Shown one piece after another: positions 14,244-25,111 of a stretch of DNA of 25,921 nt. The stretch comes from Gammaproteobacteria bacterium (GTDB taxonomy: Bacteria > Pseudomonadota > Gammaproteobacteria > UBA9339). The notes beneath the pieces were generated by a model. It was given only the letters and a program-made list of their open reading frames with translations, was not told where the DNA came from and did no database searches. Made by a program: the position numbers and the translations under genes. The first letter of the stretch is position 1; each line of letters opens with the position of its first letter. Location: positions 1 to 25,921 of the forward strand of contig DAOVLX010000001.1 of NCBI GenBank assembly GCA_030631035.1, given 5' to 3'.

Positions 14244-15092
14244 TTGAAGAAAATAAGCAAAATAATTATAGGGTTTTTGCTATTTGGTGTAATAGCTGGA
14301 GTCCTCGCTGCACCAAATATAGAGGATCAGGCAAATTGGCAACATCTGGTATGGAAGCATATACCACTTACGATTAATCTACCTTTTAATAAAGAAAAAA
14401 TCATTCATTTTCCCCATTCTGTGTCCTTGGGGATTCCATCTGATATCAATGGTGATCTTGTAGTACAAAATAATGCTGGGTGGTTGTATTTGATGGCAAA
14501 GGCCGAATTTGCCAAAACAAGGGTTGAGGTAAAAGATAATGAAACTGGAGATATTATTTTATTAAATGTAGCTACAAATAATGCGGCAGATGATATTAAT
14601 ATTGATATAGTCTATCAGCCAGAAGATAGCACAAAGCCAAAGAGTGCAAACAAACTAAAAGGTGATCTATCTTACGTAATGTTAACCCGCTATGCCTATC
14701 AGCAGCTTTATGCACCCAAAAGATTACAAAAGAACCCTTATAACATTCAATTAATTACTTCCTACGCAAAAGATAATAACGTTGATGTTAAAAATTGGTT
14801 TTCTAATTTGTTTATGGATAACAGTACAATAAACATACCCTGGGCAGAATGGCATGGAGGTGATTATTATATAACAGCAGTTTTAATAAGGAATCAACTT
14901 CCAAAAAAAATCAATTTAAATCATAAATTACCACTAATTTGTGGCCGTTCCAACCATCTCTGGCAGGCCGTGACATTTTTTCCAGATTGGAGGCTTGATA
15001 AAGCTGGCAGTTTGCATGATACAGCCGTGGCATTTTTAGTTTCTCGAAAACCTTTTGATGAAGCAGTTAAGATTTGTAAGGGGATGAGTTAA
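14244..15092 (+). CDS. ICE protein, TIGR03749 (PFL_4704/DUF3438)-like periplasmic T4SS component
   Basis: TTG start with a GAGG RBS; signal peptide; WKHIPLTINL...GWLYLMA...LTRYAYQQLYAPKRL pattern. Confidence 0.85.
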   Translation: MKKISKIIIGFLLFGVIAGVLAAPNIEDQANWQHLVWKHIPLTINLPFNKEKIIHFPHSVSLGIPSDINGDLVVQNNAGWLYLMAKAEFAKTRVEVKDNETGDIILLNVATNNAADDINIDIVYQPEDSTKPKSANKLKGDLSYVMLTRYAYQQLYAPKRLQKNPYNIQLITSYAKDNNVDVKNWFSNLFMDNSTINIPWAEWHGGDYYITAVLIRNQLPKKINLNHKLPLICGRSNHLWQAVTFFPDWRLDKAGSLHDTAVAFLVSRKPFDEAVKICKGMS

Positions 15093-16444
15093 TGGCAAAT
15101 AAATTCCAGGAAAAGCTTGTTAGATTTGTTAAAACCCCAGTGGGCATGCTTATCTGTGTTATGGCAGTGTCTTTTTTAATTTTGATAGTTATTGTTAGAT
15201 TTTTTTTGGGCACAGGGCATCATAATAAAGCCGCTCAGGATATGTTGACTATGAACACACCCGAGGTACAAAGAAATGTGCGTTATACAACCCAGGAAAC
15301 ATTAAGTACCCTGACAGGCGAAACTGATAATCTAGAAAAGGGATTAACTGATGTGCAGAAGCAATTTGCTGATCTGAAGAACTCACAAGGTCAGGCTAGT
15401 CAAGCGATGCAGCAAAAAATGCAACAGGAGCTGCAGGATTTACAGCAGCAGAATAAAAAATTCCAACAGGCGCTTGCTCATGAGTTAAAACAAAAAACAA
15501 ATGAAGAAACTGAGTCTATGGTTAATAATGTGTCTGATAAATATGATAGTGCGGGAGAGACTTCTTCAACCAATCAGACGGTTTGGATTAATGATATGAA
15601 GCAACCGGTTGTTACTAATAATCCTCAAGATAATAGTAATCCAGATTCTCTTTTGCATCCACAAACAGCTTCAAGCACTTTTGCTGGTAATAAAGATAAA
15701 CCACCAGCTATACCTAAATATACTATCCCGGCAAATACCTGGTTTACAGGTGTTACTCCAGAGCAGCCATTGGTTGGGGTCATTCCTACTGATGGCAAAG
15801 TAATGAATCCAGAGACAGTGATGTTTATGGTAGGGGAGAAAAATATAGCTGCCAAAAATTGGCATTTACCTCCAGCGTTAAAGGGTATCCAGGGCAATGC
15901 ACTATGTCAGGGAGTATTTAATTTTAAGCATTCGGCAGTGCGTTGTGATATTACCAGTTTAACCTTTATCTTTAAGGACGGAAGAATAGCAACTGAAAAT
16001 GCAGACAAAGGTAATGCCTTTGGGCAATTAACTACCTTGTATGGTAATCCCTATATTCCAGGAGAATATAAAGGTAATGCTCTTTTGGGAGCTGTTGGCA
16101 CAGGATTTTTTTCTGGCATGCAGGGTTTTGGTAATGCTTTTGCCTCTTCACAGGTTGATACAGAGACCGATACAGATACGATCACAACTAGCTTTAAAAA
16201 TGCTAATGATTATGCGATAGGGCAGGGAGTTGGCTCTACTGGTGAAGCGCTAAACCAATGGTGGTTACAGATTATGAAATCAACCACTAACTATGTATTT
16301 GTTCCAAATTGGGATCCTAAAACCCAAAAGCTATTAATTCTAAATGCAAAAATTACCCAGGAGATTCCTATTGATTATGATCCTTCAAGCAGGAGAGTAG
16401 AGTATGACCAAGATAATTCGTATTCTGATAGTAGCCTTGATTAG
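15092..16444 (+). CDS. ICE protein, TIGR03752 (PFL_4705)-like; TraB/VirB10-like core component
   Basis: N-terminal TM, coiled coil, Pro/Asn-rich linker, C-terminal beta-domain (YTIPANT...PLVGVIP...SLTFIFKDGRI). Confidence 0.8.
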   Translation: MANKFQEKLVRFVKTPVGMLICVMAVSFLILIVIVRFFLGTGHHNKAAQDMLTMNTPEVQRNVRYTTQETLSTLTGETDNLEKGLTDVQKQFADLKNSQGQASQAMQQKMQQELQDLQQQNKKFQQALAHELKQKTNEETESMVNNVSDKYDSAGETSSTNQTVWINDMKQPVVTNNPQDNSNPDSLLHPQTASSTFAGNKDKPPAIPKYTIPANTWFTGVTPEQPLVGVIPTDGKVMNPETVMFMVGEKNIAAKNWHLPPALKGIQGNALCQGVFNFKHSAVRCDITSLTFIFKDGRIATENADKGNAFGQLTTLYGNPYIPGEYKGNALLGAVGTGFFSGMQGFGNAFASSQVDTETDTDTITTSFKNANDYAIGQGVGSTGEALNQWWLQIMKSTTNYVFVPNWDPKTQKLLILNAKITQEIPIDYDPSSRRVEYDQDNSYSDSSLD

Positions 16445-16835
16445 CTATTTTATTATTTTTTTAACAGGTTGTACCTCTGGATATGTAGATCCATCAGCTG
16501 GCAGTCCTACAGTAGCTGAGGTGTATAACTCAGCCAATAGCAGTCAGACAACTTTTGGTTCTGGAACAACAGATAGTGATGTTGCTCAGCCAAGTGTAGC
16601 TCTACCAAAAGTACAGCAAGGTAAATTCAATGATAATATTGCGAGTGTCATTGATTCACAATTTCCAAAATTACCCAATCCAGAAGGGGTAATGTATATT
16701 TTTGGCCATTACGCAGATAGCGGCGAAATACCGGTTCCAGGCCATTTTATTACTTTTACCATGTATAAAACCGATTACTATGCTTTGCCTAACGAAATTC
16801 AAATGCCTTATAACGATGGTAGATTTGTGGAGTAA
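16404..16835 (+). CDS. Conjugative transfer region lipoprotein, TIGR03751-like
   Basis: Lipobox LTGC; FPKLPNPEGVMYIFGH...PVPG...FTMY...YALPNE. Confidence 0.85.
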   Translation: MTKIIRILIVALISYFIIFLTGCTSGYVDPSAGSPTVAEVYNSANSSQTTFGSGTTDSDVAQPSVALPKVQQGKFNDNIASVIDSQFPKLPNPEGVMYIFGHYADSGEIPVPGHFITFTMYKTDYYALPNEIQMPYNDGRFVE

Positions 16836-16840
16836 TATCT

Positions 16841-19681
16841 GTGCTAGAACTATTAAAAGATCTATTGAAATTTGATGACTATGAAGTTGCTAAAAAAGAG
16901 GCAGCAAGTTACGTATTGCCACCTAGTATTGCGCAAAAATTTAGCTGGGGAGATTATAATAACGGTTTTTTTGAGTTAAATGCTGGTAAAGGATCTGTTG
17001 CTGTTGTGTATGAGCTAACTCCTGTGTCTACCGAAGGACAGCCAATGCACTATTTAGATGAAATAAGGCAGGGAATAGAGGAGATTTTTCGAGGAGATAC
17101 CTTTAGGCAGTATTATGACCATGAGTCGCCCTGGATAGTGCAGGTCTATGTTTCAGATGATTTTAATTTAGATCCGTTTTTACAGCAATTTAAAGAGTAT
17201 ATTGAAAAAAATTCATCTGCCTCGCAGTATTCCAAAGTCTATTTAGAAATTTTCAGAAAACATTTTGATTATTTTGTGCAGGCAGGTGGGATTTTTGAGG
17301 ATTCCATGTCCGGAGCTCAGTTTCAAGGTAGGGTAAGACGAGTGCGATTGGTACTGTATCGACGGATGCATAGTAAATCCTTTATTAACAAGCGTTCTAC
17401 TCCAGAAAAGGACCTGCATTCAGTTTGTGTGAAGCTTGAGAAAGCACTACAGCAGTCAGGCATTCTTTTCAAAAAATATACTGAATATGATTTTTACTGC
17501 TGGATGCTGAAATGGTTAAGCCCTAAACCTAAGGGGTTTAAAGATCCAGATGAATATATAGCAAAAGTACCATTTCCCATGCAAGAGGACGAAAAGTCAT
17601 TTGGATTTGACTTAACTCAAGCAGTATTTACCAGTATTCCAGTTTCAGATAGTAAAAATAATATTTGGTATTTTGATGAGTTGCCACATAAATTTATTCC
17701 AATAGTAGGGTTTAGTCGAATACCTGCTAGTGGTCATCTAACCGCTGAGCGTAAAATGACCCGAAGTGATGATCCGGAAAAGATCAGATACTACGCTCCA
17801 TTTGACCATATGCCAGAGGGCGCCACATTTGTAATGACTATTGTGATTCAAAACCAGGAGTTTCGTAAACAGGCATTAGAGCGGTTAAAAAAGAGGGCAC
17901 GTAAGTGTCGAGATAGGAATGCCCAAAAAGCTGGGGAAGAGGCAATGATTGCTGAAGAGATGATAGCAGAAGGTAATTATATTTTTCCCGTTTGTATGGG
18001 AGTTTATGTGCGCGGTAAAAATCAAAACGATCTTTTGGACAAAGAAGAATCAACTTTAGCTGTTTTAGCGACCAATGGTTTTAAACCACTTCCAGAAGAT
18101 AAAGATAGCTTGAAAATTGATCGCTATTTAAGATTTTTGCCGATGAACTATAACTATACCTATGACAAGAAGTATATGCTGCAAAGTAGACTTTGTTCAG
18201 TCAAACAAATAGCGTCAGTTCTACCGGTATATGGGCGCACCAGGGGAACAGGGCACCCATGTTTAGTTTGCTGTAATAGGTTAGGCGAGCCATTTTTTGT
18301 TGATCCTATTTTTGACCGACAAAATAATGCCCATGGCCTGATTCTAGGAACTACTGGTTCCGGGAAATCTAGTATGTCAGCCTATTTTTTAATGCAAATG
18401 ATGGCAGTTTATATGCCACGTATGGTTATTATTGATGCAGGTGGTTCATTTAGATATATGGTGGAGTTTTGGGAGAGGCTAGGCATTAAAGTCAATAAGA
18501 TTGAAATTAAGATGGAGTACCCAGAATATACCCTTAATCCTTTTGTTGAAACAGAAAAGATGTTGCACCAGGTAGATGCGATAGAGAAGATCCAAAAAAC
18601 CCTGAACGAATATGAAGTAGATTTGGAACAACGCTTGGATGAGACCGTAAAAGAAGCGACAGTAGAGGAGAAGCAAGGTAGCACTGAAAATCGTGACTAT
18701 TTAATGGAGTTTATGACAGCAGCAATGCTGATGATTACAGGAGGAGAACAGAAAGAGATCGATGCTTTAGATCGACAAGATCGATTTTTAATTTTAGAAG
18801 CCATTAAAAATGGCGCTAGGAGTGTTTTAGCTGCAGGCTATGAGCAGATGATCCCTGCTGATTTAGCAGATGCTCTGGAAAAAATGGCTAACAAGGCAGA
18901 AGCTAGCACGAAACACGCTGACAAATTGATTTCAGCCAGATTAATGCGGATGGCAAATGGCGCTAGAGCCTTTATTAATGTACCTATTAATGCCATGTAT
19001 TTTAATCAAAGAGGTAAAGGTTTGCCTGATTCTGATGTGATTTGGTTTGAAATGGGGCTTTTAAAAGACGATCGGCCAGAAAATGAAGCGCCAAGGGCTT
19101 TGGCTTTTATTACCATGATGAACAATACTATGTCTAAAGCTGAAAAATATAAAGATAGTGGTAGACCTTATATTTTTTATGCTGATGAGTGTCATACAGT
19201 GACCTCAAAGCCTTTAACTGCAGCCAGTGTAGTGCAATGCACTAAGATGAGCCGTAAGGTTAATTTATGGATATGGCTTGCAACTCAGAATGTATCTGAT
19301 TTTCCAGATAGCGCTCGTAAGGCAGTTTCCATGTTGGAATACAAAATTGTGCTTTGGTGTGACAAAAAAGAGCGCAAACGTATAGCAGAATTTATAGAGC
19401 TTACTCCAGAGCAAGATGCTGTTATTAATTCACTGCGTAAAGTTAAACGAAAATATGTAGAAGGGGTTTTATTGTCTAATAGCGCCGCCTATTTATTTAG
19501 GAATATTCCACCTAGAGAGGTTTTGGCGCTAGCTATGACAGATGGTGATGAGAATGCTTGGCGCAGAGAACTTATGCAGAAATTTAATTGTGACGGCATA
19601 GAGGCCTCATTTTTAATAGCTCAAAATTTAAGAGGAGAGGAGTATGATCTTGATAAAATAAGGAGTCTTTGGGGTGGTTAA
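16841..19681 (+). CDS. virB4: Conjugative transfer ATPase, VirB4/TraC family (TIGR03744-like)
   Basis: 946 aa; Walker A GTTGSGKS, IIDAGGSF, Walker B FYADECH, KMSRK..WIWLATQN. Confidence 0.95.
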   Translation: MLELLKDLLKFDDYEVAKKEAASYVLPPSIAQKFSWGDYNNGFFELNAGKGSVAVVYELTPVSTEGQPMHYLDEIRQGIEEIFRGDTFRQYYDHESPWIVQVYVSDDFNLDPFLQQFKEYIEKNSSASQYSKVYLEIFRKHFDYFVQAGGIFEDSMSGAQFQGRVRRVRLVLYRRMHSKSFINKRSTPEKDLHSVCVKLEKALQQSGILFKKYTEYDFYCWMLKWLSPKPKGFKDPDEYIAKVPFPMQEDEKSFGFDLTQAVFTSIPVSDSKNNIWYFDELPHKFIPIVGFSRIPASGHLTAERKMTRSDDPEKIRYYAPFDHMPEGATFVMTIVIQNQEFRKQALERLKKRARKCRDRNAQKAGEEAMIAEEMIAEGNYIFPVCMGVYVRGKNQNDLLDKEESTLAVLATNGFKPLPEDKDSLKIDRYLRFLPMNYNYTYDKKYMLQSRLCSVKQIASVLPVYGRTRGTGHPCLVCCNRLGEPFFVDPIFDRQNNAHGLILGTTGSGKSSMSAYFLMQMMAVYMPRMVIIDAGGSFRYMVEFWERLGIKVNKIEIKMEYPEYTLNPFVETEKMLHQVDAIEKIQKTLNEYEVDLEQRLDETVKEATVEEKQGSTENRDYLMEFMTAAMLMITGGEQKEIDALDRQDRFLILEAIKNGARSVLAAGYEQMIPADLADALEKMANKAEASTKHADKLISARLMRMANGARAFINVPINAMYFNQRGKGLPDSDVIWFEMGLLKDDRPENEAPRALAFITMMNNTMSKAEKYKDSGRPYIFYADECHTVTSKPLTAASVVQCTKMSRKVNLWIWLATQNVSDFPDSARKAVSMLEYKIVLWCDKKERKRIAEFIELTPEQDAVINSLRKVKRKYVEGVLLSNSAAYLFRNIPPREVLALAMTDGDENAWRRELMQKFNCDGIEASFLIAQNLRGEEYDLDKIRSLWGG

Positions 19682-20108
19682 AAAAATCATTACATTAATT
19701 TTATTGTTTTTGGCAATTCCTTGTTATGGGCATACGTTTGAAATTTTTACTGCGCACGATATAACAAATAATGTAGTAGACAAGTCACCTTTAATTGGGA
19801 ATAAGATCCAAGTTTATTATTTAGACGATATGCAAAGGATGCAAGATCTATTAAATCAGCATATAAAAGCAATTTATCTAGCAGCAGGAGAAGATGCGGC
19901 AACACAGGAAGCGAAAGCTGAAATAGCAAGAAATAGCAAGCAGTACAAACAAGCAGCTCAAGGGTTAATAAAGGCACAAAAATATAACATAAGAAAAATA
20001 CCAGCTGTAATAATTGATGGTAAATATCAAGTGCTGGGGACTACCAATATCAATCAAGCCTTCAATAGTTATGAGCATTATCTTTTGATTACAGGTATAT
20101 CATCATGA
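19674..20108 (+). CDS. ICE protein, TIGR03757 (DUF1525)-like
   Basis: Signal peptide; AQGLIKAQKYNIRKIPAVIIDGKYQVLG pattern. Confidence 0.8.
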   Translation: MVKKIITLILLFLAIPCYGHTFEIFTAHDITNNVVDKSPLIGNKIQVYYLDDMQRMQDLLNQHIKAIYLAAGEDAATQEAKAEIARNSKQYKQAAQGLIKAQKYNIRKIPAVIIDGKYQVLGTTNINQAFNSYEHYLLITGISS

Positions 20109-21109
20109 GGATAATTTGGTTTTTTATGCTTATATTTATTAGTTGCGCTGCTGTAGCAGAGGTGGATACCTTCAAAATTACAAGAGATGTAGTAGATGCT
20201 GCATTAAGACATCCATTTCCAAGTGATAAAAGTTTCCTGAACTATAAAATTGAAGGGATGTGTTTTTGGAAGCACAAGGAGCATGGAATTCCCCATTTTA
20301 GTAGCACTCTAAAGGTTAATGAGTTTCTGCCGGATGCGGTGGTATCTGTTTATGACAATCTAGGCAGTAATCCCTGGAAATATGCCAATAAATTTATTGA
20401 TCCTTTAGCTAAGGATGTTGGAGATCAGATTTACGAATTAAAAGATGATGTCAAACCAAATAGTACAGATTATGAGGTTGGATCCACAAAAAATATGATG
20501 GAAAAATTTAAAGAGGTTGATGTGATAGGTGACCCAGCATTAGTGACGCTATTTGTAACCTTAGGGTTTATGCTAATACCAAGTAAGGCAGATGCCTATA
20601 ATCTTTACTATAGCTCTATGGCAGATTCGTATTTATGGAGAAATCCCTTGTTGGATGATATTACCCATCCACAGGATTTGTTGCCTAATGTTAGAACTGA
20701 AGGGTCGTCAATAGATGAGTGGGGCAGCATTTTTCCCAGAATTGGTTATATTAATCAGCTAGGTGACTATAAGGCAGCTGCTGTCTTGGCGCTTAGGGCT
20801 GCAGATATAGCTACAAATAGTGATCAATCTCATGTGTACCATTATTTAAAGTCTGGTGGTTGTGGGGATCATTGTACAGTTTGGGCTAGTCATGAGAATG
20901 ATTTTAACGATGTAAAATTTCAAGAAATCTATCCTGTAAGACAAAAAGATGCTGAAAAGAACTTTGGAATAAATGATTTAGATGCGCTAACCGCATATAA
21001 CCAGGATCAACTTGATAAAGGAGATGGTAATTATCTCTGGGTAATGTGGCGACATTATGAGGGTTGTATTCAGGGTGATGGTGATTATATAGGAGAGGTA
21101 ACATGGTAA
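20105..21109 (+). CDS. traU: TraU-family ICE protein (TIGR03756-like)
   Basis: Signal peptide; NYKIEGMCFW...PDAVVSVY...WGSIFPRIG...AAAVLALRAADI...WVMWRHYEGC. Confidence 0.85.
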   Translation: MRIIWFFMLIFISCAAVAEVDTFKITRDVVDAALRHPFPSDKSFLNYKIEGMCFWKHKEHGIPHFSSTLKVNEFLPDAVVSVYDNLGSNPWKYANKFIDPLAKDVGDQIYELKDDVKPNSTDYEVGSTKNMMEKFKEVDVIGDPALVTLFVTLGFMLIPSKADAYNLYYSSMADSYLWRNPLLDDITHPQDLLPNVRTEGSSIDEWGSIFPRIGYINQLGDYKAAAVLALRAADIATNSDQSHVYHYLKSGGCGDHCTVWASHENDFNDVKFQEIYPVRQKDAEKNFGINDLDALTAYNQDQLDKGDGNYLWVMWRHYEGCIQGDGDYIGEVTW

Positions 21110-22524
21110 ATAAACGTGTTCTGCTGTTCATTTTGTGTGTTTTTTTCAGCATGACTGGTGTTGCAAGTGTAACCCCACTTATTCCTGGTAGTAATGGCAG
21201 TCTTTATTATGAGATTGGCGGCGGAGATGTAACCCCACTTCCTTATACAGGAGAGGGCACAGATATTCATATAGATTTTGGTGGTAATGCAAGTTTAGGT
21301 TTTAACTGTGGGGCTTTTGATCCTGCTATCTCAATAGTTAATTCACTAAATAGTGTGGAAGAGTCATTTGGTAATATTACCCAATATATTTATGACAATA
21401 TGACATCGCTTATTATCGGTGAAGCAGGTTATCTTATGGCTAAGGCCATGCCGAATGTTTATAAATTTATGCGAGACGGTATTGATTTTGGGCAACAAGA
21501 TTTTTCATTAACCACTAAAAGTTGCGAAACAATGTTAGATGATGTTGATGAGGGTAAAAATCCAGGTGATGACTGGATGCAAGTCGCGATGGGAGATGAT
21601 TGGAAATATCATATGTCGTTGGCTGGCACTCAGGCTGCTAAACAAGGGATGTTAGGTAGTAGTAATGATAGTGATATTGTAGCAGCTAAAGCTGATGTTG
21701 ATGAAGATGGAGGCGAAAATGGGGTCCAATGGGTACAAGGCAATTCAAGTGATGGGCAGTTATATGCGGGAGGTAAAGGACAGCCTAAAATTTATTTAAC
21801 TTATGATACCGTTATGGCCGGGTATAACGTATTGGTTGATCCAAGTCGTAGCTATAACGATAACAGTGCTCCACCTGATACTGATGAATATAAAAGATTA
21901 AGGGATGATTTCTCTACTCCACAAGATGCCGCTAACTGGATGGTTAAAGTTGTAGGCGAGCAGGAGGTAACCACTTATTCTGGAGGCGATAAAAAATCTA
22001 CCCCTGGTATTGGGCTATTAAATGACGTGCAAGACCAAACTACACTAATAAAAGATGATCTCACTGATTTAATTGATGGTTCAAAAGAGCTAAATGTTGA
22101 TAACCTAACCGCAGTTTCACCACCTAAAATTATGCTTAATGATTCAGTAATTGAGATGCTCAGAAAACAAACTGATCCGTTAATGCAGGCTATTTATGTA
22201 AACAAGCTTGCAGCCGAAGTTGCAGTCGCGCAGGTAATTGATAAAGCTAAACTTGGTCTGCAGATGTTAGAGGTAGGCAAACAGGTGCCTGAGATCTATG
22301 TAAATAGTGCTGCTCAAAAAGGCATAGAAGAGGATATAAAACGCATGCAACAGTGGATTAGTGATTTACGTGCGAACCCCAGAGATAATGAAGAGTTTGT
22401 TGGGAAAACCGTAACAACTATGATGGGAGCTACTAGCGCACAAGAAAGATCAAGTGCAACCATACGTCCTTCAGGAGATCAGATTTCTGCTATGGAAGGT
22501 GGAGCGATCCAAAAGGAGCAGTAA
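21103..22524 (+). CDS. ICE protein, TIGR03755 (PFL_4711)-like
   Basis: LYYEIGGG, FNCGAFDP, KSCE, WMVKVVGEQ motifs. Confidence 0.85.
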   Translation: MVNKRVLLFILCVFFSMTGVASVTPLIPGSNGSLYYEIGGGDVTPLPYTGEGTDIHIDFGGNASLGFNCGAFDPAISIVNSLNSVEESFGNITQYIYDNMTSLIIGEAGYLMAKAMPNVYKFMRDGIDFGQQDFSLTTKSCETMLDDVDEGKNPGDDWMQVAMGDDWKYHMSLAGTQAAKQGMLGSSNDSDIVAAKADVDEDGGENGVQWVQGNSSDGQLYAGGKGQPKIYLTYDTVMAGYNVLVDPSRSYNDNSAPPDTDEYKRLRDDFSTPQDAANWMVKVVGEQEVTTYSGGDKKSTPGIGLLNDVQDQTTLIKDDLTDLIDGSKELNVDNLTAVSPPKIMLNDSVIEMLRKQTDPLMQAIYVNKLAAEVAVAQVIDKAKLGLQMLEVGKQVPEIYVNSAAQKGIEEDIKRMQQWISDLRANPRDNEEFVGKTVTTMMGATSAQERSSATIRPSGDQISAMEGGAIQKEQ

Positions 22525-22525
22525 T

Positions 22526-24109
22526 ATGGGTGTGCAGGATTATCTATCGCTTTACACCATTTTATTAGGCTGGCAAGTCTATGATGGTCTTTGGGATATT
22601 TTAACCCAACTGGGTTTGGTTATGTTGCCGTTTGGGTTTATTGCTGCTAGATGCTTTTTGGCACCATATCTTTCCATGGGAGCTAAAGATGCAGGTGTGG
22701 TTGGAGCTAGACGTTTTGTGTTTCATACTTTTACAGCGTTATTTATTTTGATGATAGCAGGTGTCCCTATGGTTCATCTGGACCCACAAATTTTGCATTT
22801 TAAGCCAGATTGCTCTACAGATGGAAGAGTGTTAACACCAGGCAATACAGGCACTACTTATGATGATGTTCTGCCTGTGCCACAAGATATAAAAGTGCCA
22901 TTGCTCTGGTATGTGGTTTTAGCAGTTTCCAATGGAATTACCGATCAGGCTAAGGAGATAATTTCTTGCCAACCTGTAGATCTACGCGCACTCCAAAATG
23001 AACTTAATCTCACCCAGATTAAAGATACAGAATTAAAAACTGAGATAAGTCAATTTTACAGTAGTTGTTATTTGCCAGCTTACAATAAATTTGTTTCTGA
23101 AAATAGTGACCAAACGTTGCAGCAGCAGATTGATGATTCACTTGATACTTATGGTAAAGACGATATAGGTTGGATTGGCAGTCGGACTTTTCAAAACATA
23201 AGTGGTTTCTATGACTCTTTTTATGCTACTAAAGAGGTGCCTAACTTTGCATCAGATAGCAGTGATCCACATGATCAAATTAACTCTCAAGTTGGGGCTC
23301 CAGATTGGGGCGAGCCATTATGTAAAACCTGGTGGCAAGATTCCAGATATGGCTTAAGAATTAGGCTATTAAACGAGTTTGATGATCAAAGTAAAGAAGC
23401 TTTAACCAAGATTTATAGTGGCGGAGACGAAGTTTATGTTCAGGATGCTGTAATTCGAGCGGTAATAATGAAGAGCACAAATAGTGGGGCGTTCAATCGT
23501 GGTTATGCTTCTGAAGAAGATTCTAAAAATGGAACCATGAATGCATATGGGAAATGGGGCGCCAAAGGCTATACAGAAAAGGCCACTTTGTCAGAGTATC
23601 CTAAAATACATATTTTAGAGAATATGTTGCCAGTGTTGCAAGCGGTGATACTTTTTGCAGTTATTATGCTGCTGGCTTTAGCGCTACCATTATCTTGTTA
23701 TGCCCCAGGTTTTTGTGTTACAGCTAGCGTTTTTCTATTTAGCATAACTTTTTGTGGTTTTTTATGGCATGCAATCAGTTGGTTTGATCAGTTTATGTTA
23801 CAGGCCCTGTATGGCTTTACTGATTTAGGAGCACATGCTGATCCAGCTGTAAGTTTTGTGAAAAATCTAACTGTAGATACGGTAAACCCACAAAAGAATC
23901 TCGTTGATATCACCATTTCGATTATGTACATAATTATACCCACGCTATGGTTAACTGTAGCTGGCTGGGCAAGTGTTGCTATTGGTGGTGCATTAGCTGG
24001 ACTTGGAGGTGGTAAGGGCACAGCTGAGAAAATAGGTAATAGCACGGCAGCTGGAACTTTAGCCTTTGGTAAAGGAACAGCGCGTTTTTTTAATGATAAC
24101 AAAAAATGA
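22526..24109 (+). CDS. traG: TraG N-terminal-domain mating-pair stabilisation protein
   Basis: Start reassigned to ATG 22526 (MGVQDYLSLYTILLGWQVYDGLWDIL); VPLLWYVV, CYLPA, WIGS, CKTWW motifs; C-terminal TM helices. Confidence 0.85.
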   Translation: MGVQDYLSLYTILLGWQVYDGLWDILTQLGLVMLPFGFIAARCFLAPYLSMGAKDAGVVGARRFVFHTFTALFILMIAGVPMVHLDPQILHFKPDCSTDGRVLTPGNTGTTYDDVLPVPQDIKVPLLWYVVLAVSNGITDQAKEIISCQPVDLRALQNELNLTQIKDTELKTEISQFYSSCYLPAYNKFVSENSDQTLQQQIDDSLDTYGKDDIGWIGSRTFQNISGFYDSFYATKEVPNFASDSSDPHDQINSQVGAPDWGEPLCKTWWQDSRYGLRIRLLNEFDDQSKEALTKIYSGGDEVYVQDAVIRAVIMKSTNSGAFNRGYASEEDSKNGTMNAYGKWGAKGYTEKATLSEYPKIHILENMLPVLQAVILFAVIMLLALALPLSCYAPGFCVTASVFLFSITFCGFLWHAISWFDQFMLQALYGFTDLGAHADPAVSFVKNLTVDTVNPQKNLVDITISIMYIIIPTLWLTVAGWASVAIGGALAGLGGGKGTAEKIGNSTAAGTLAFGKGTARFFNDNKK

Positions 24110-24479
24110 GGAAATCAAGCTGATGAATAGGATGGTAAAAACTACGTTGTTTATTACAGTGCTGTTGTTAAGCCTTATTATTTTTAGTGTTGTTGGGGCG
24201 CTATTACTGAAAAATGTAGATGCTATAGGTAATTTTAATAAAGTTGTAACTCAACACAGGCTTTATTTTGCTATTTGGCGCTATATTCTGATGGGAATAA
24301 TTGTCTATTTCTATCCGGCCATAGTTCGATATTTTTTAACGGGAAAGGATGGAATAACAACAGAGAAACTAGCCTATTATGCCAGACGTAGGCATGTAGT
24401 TATTATGTTGTTGTTTATAGAAATTGTAGTAGTTAATAACGGGTTAAGCTGGCTGGTAAATTGGTTGATTAACCTATAG
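24093..24479 (+). CDS. Small ICE membrane protein (family usually adjacent to TraG_N)
   Basis: Hydrophobic helices; FAIWRYIL...RRRHVVIMLLFIEIV pattern; start uncertain (24066, 24093 or 24123). Confidence 0.65.
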   Translation: MITKNEEIKLMNRMVKTTLFITVLLLSLIIFSVVGALLLKNVDAIGNFNKVVTQHRLYFAIWRYILMGIIVYFYPAIVRYFLTGKDGITTEKLAYYARRRHVVIMLLFIEIVVVNNGLSWLVNWLINL

Positions 24480-24490
24480 GAATTTTTAGT

Positions 24491-25069
24491 ATGACTGGAT
24501 TAAAACGAGTTATGATTATTGCTTTGTTATTTTTAGCTAGTAATTCGGTTTATGCTGATATTACTTATGGCAATTCCAATGGAGCTATCACATTAATTGA
24601 ATATTTTGACTACAACTGTCCAATCTGCAGGAATTACACTTTAATAGTGAGCTCTGTCGCCAAGGCCAATCCTGATCTGAAAGTTATAGATAGAGTGGTA
24701 CCGATTATTGCTAAAACGTCGCCGGCTATTGATAGCGCGGTTTTAGCTTCGTACCTACAAAATAAATTTTCAGAAATGCAATGGGCTGTTTTGCATGTGC
24801 CAGACCCAGAAACTATTCCTATTTCTGAGGTAAAAAAGATAGCTAAAAAAATAGGTTTAGATTTACAAAAACTAGCGGCTGATATGAGTAGCGACACTAT
24901 AAAAAAAGAGCTGTTAGCTAATTTAACAGCTTATAGCAAACTGAATCAAACTAGAGTTCCTATTACTGTAGTTTATTCAAATAAGAATCCTGACGCAAAG
25001 AAAATATTTGTTGGGGAGCAGTCTTTTGCTGAACTACAGCAGGCTATTAACCAGCTTAAAGAGCAATAA
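24491..25069 (+). CDS. DsbA-like thioredoxin-fold disulfide oxidoreductase
   Basis: Signal peptide; TLIEYFDYNCPIC active site; cis-Pro loop candidate TRVP. Confidence 0.88.
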   Translation: MTGLKRVMIIALLFLASNSVYADITYGNSNGAITLIEYFDYNCPICRNYTLIVSSVAKANPDLKVIDRVVPIIAKTSPAIDSAVLASYLQNKFSEMQWAVLHVPDPETIPISEVKKIAKKIGLDLQKLAADMSSDTIKKELLANLTAYSKLNQTRVPITVVYSNKNPDAKKIFVGEQSFAELQQAINQLKEQ

Positions 25070-25111
25070 GCAACAAAAAAAGATTTATTAACTAAAATTG
25101 GAGGTGACATT

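Noticed and set aside
13890-14377. Alternative-frame and antisense ORFs (13890-14108, 13925-14377, 13939-14211)
   Set aside because: All overlap clear T4SS genes and lack motifs or an RBS.
22454-22525. Extended TraG_N start
   Set aside because: ATG 22526 follows an AAGGAG RBS and matches the family N-terminus.
23788-24102. 104-aa minus-strand Ala/Pro-rich ORF
   Set aside because: Antisense mirror of the Gly-rich TraG C-terminus.
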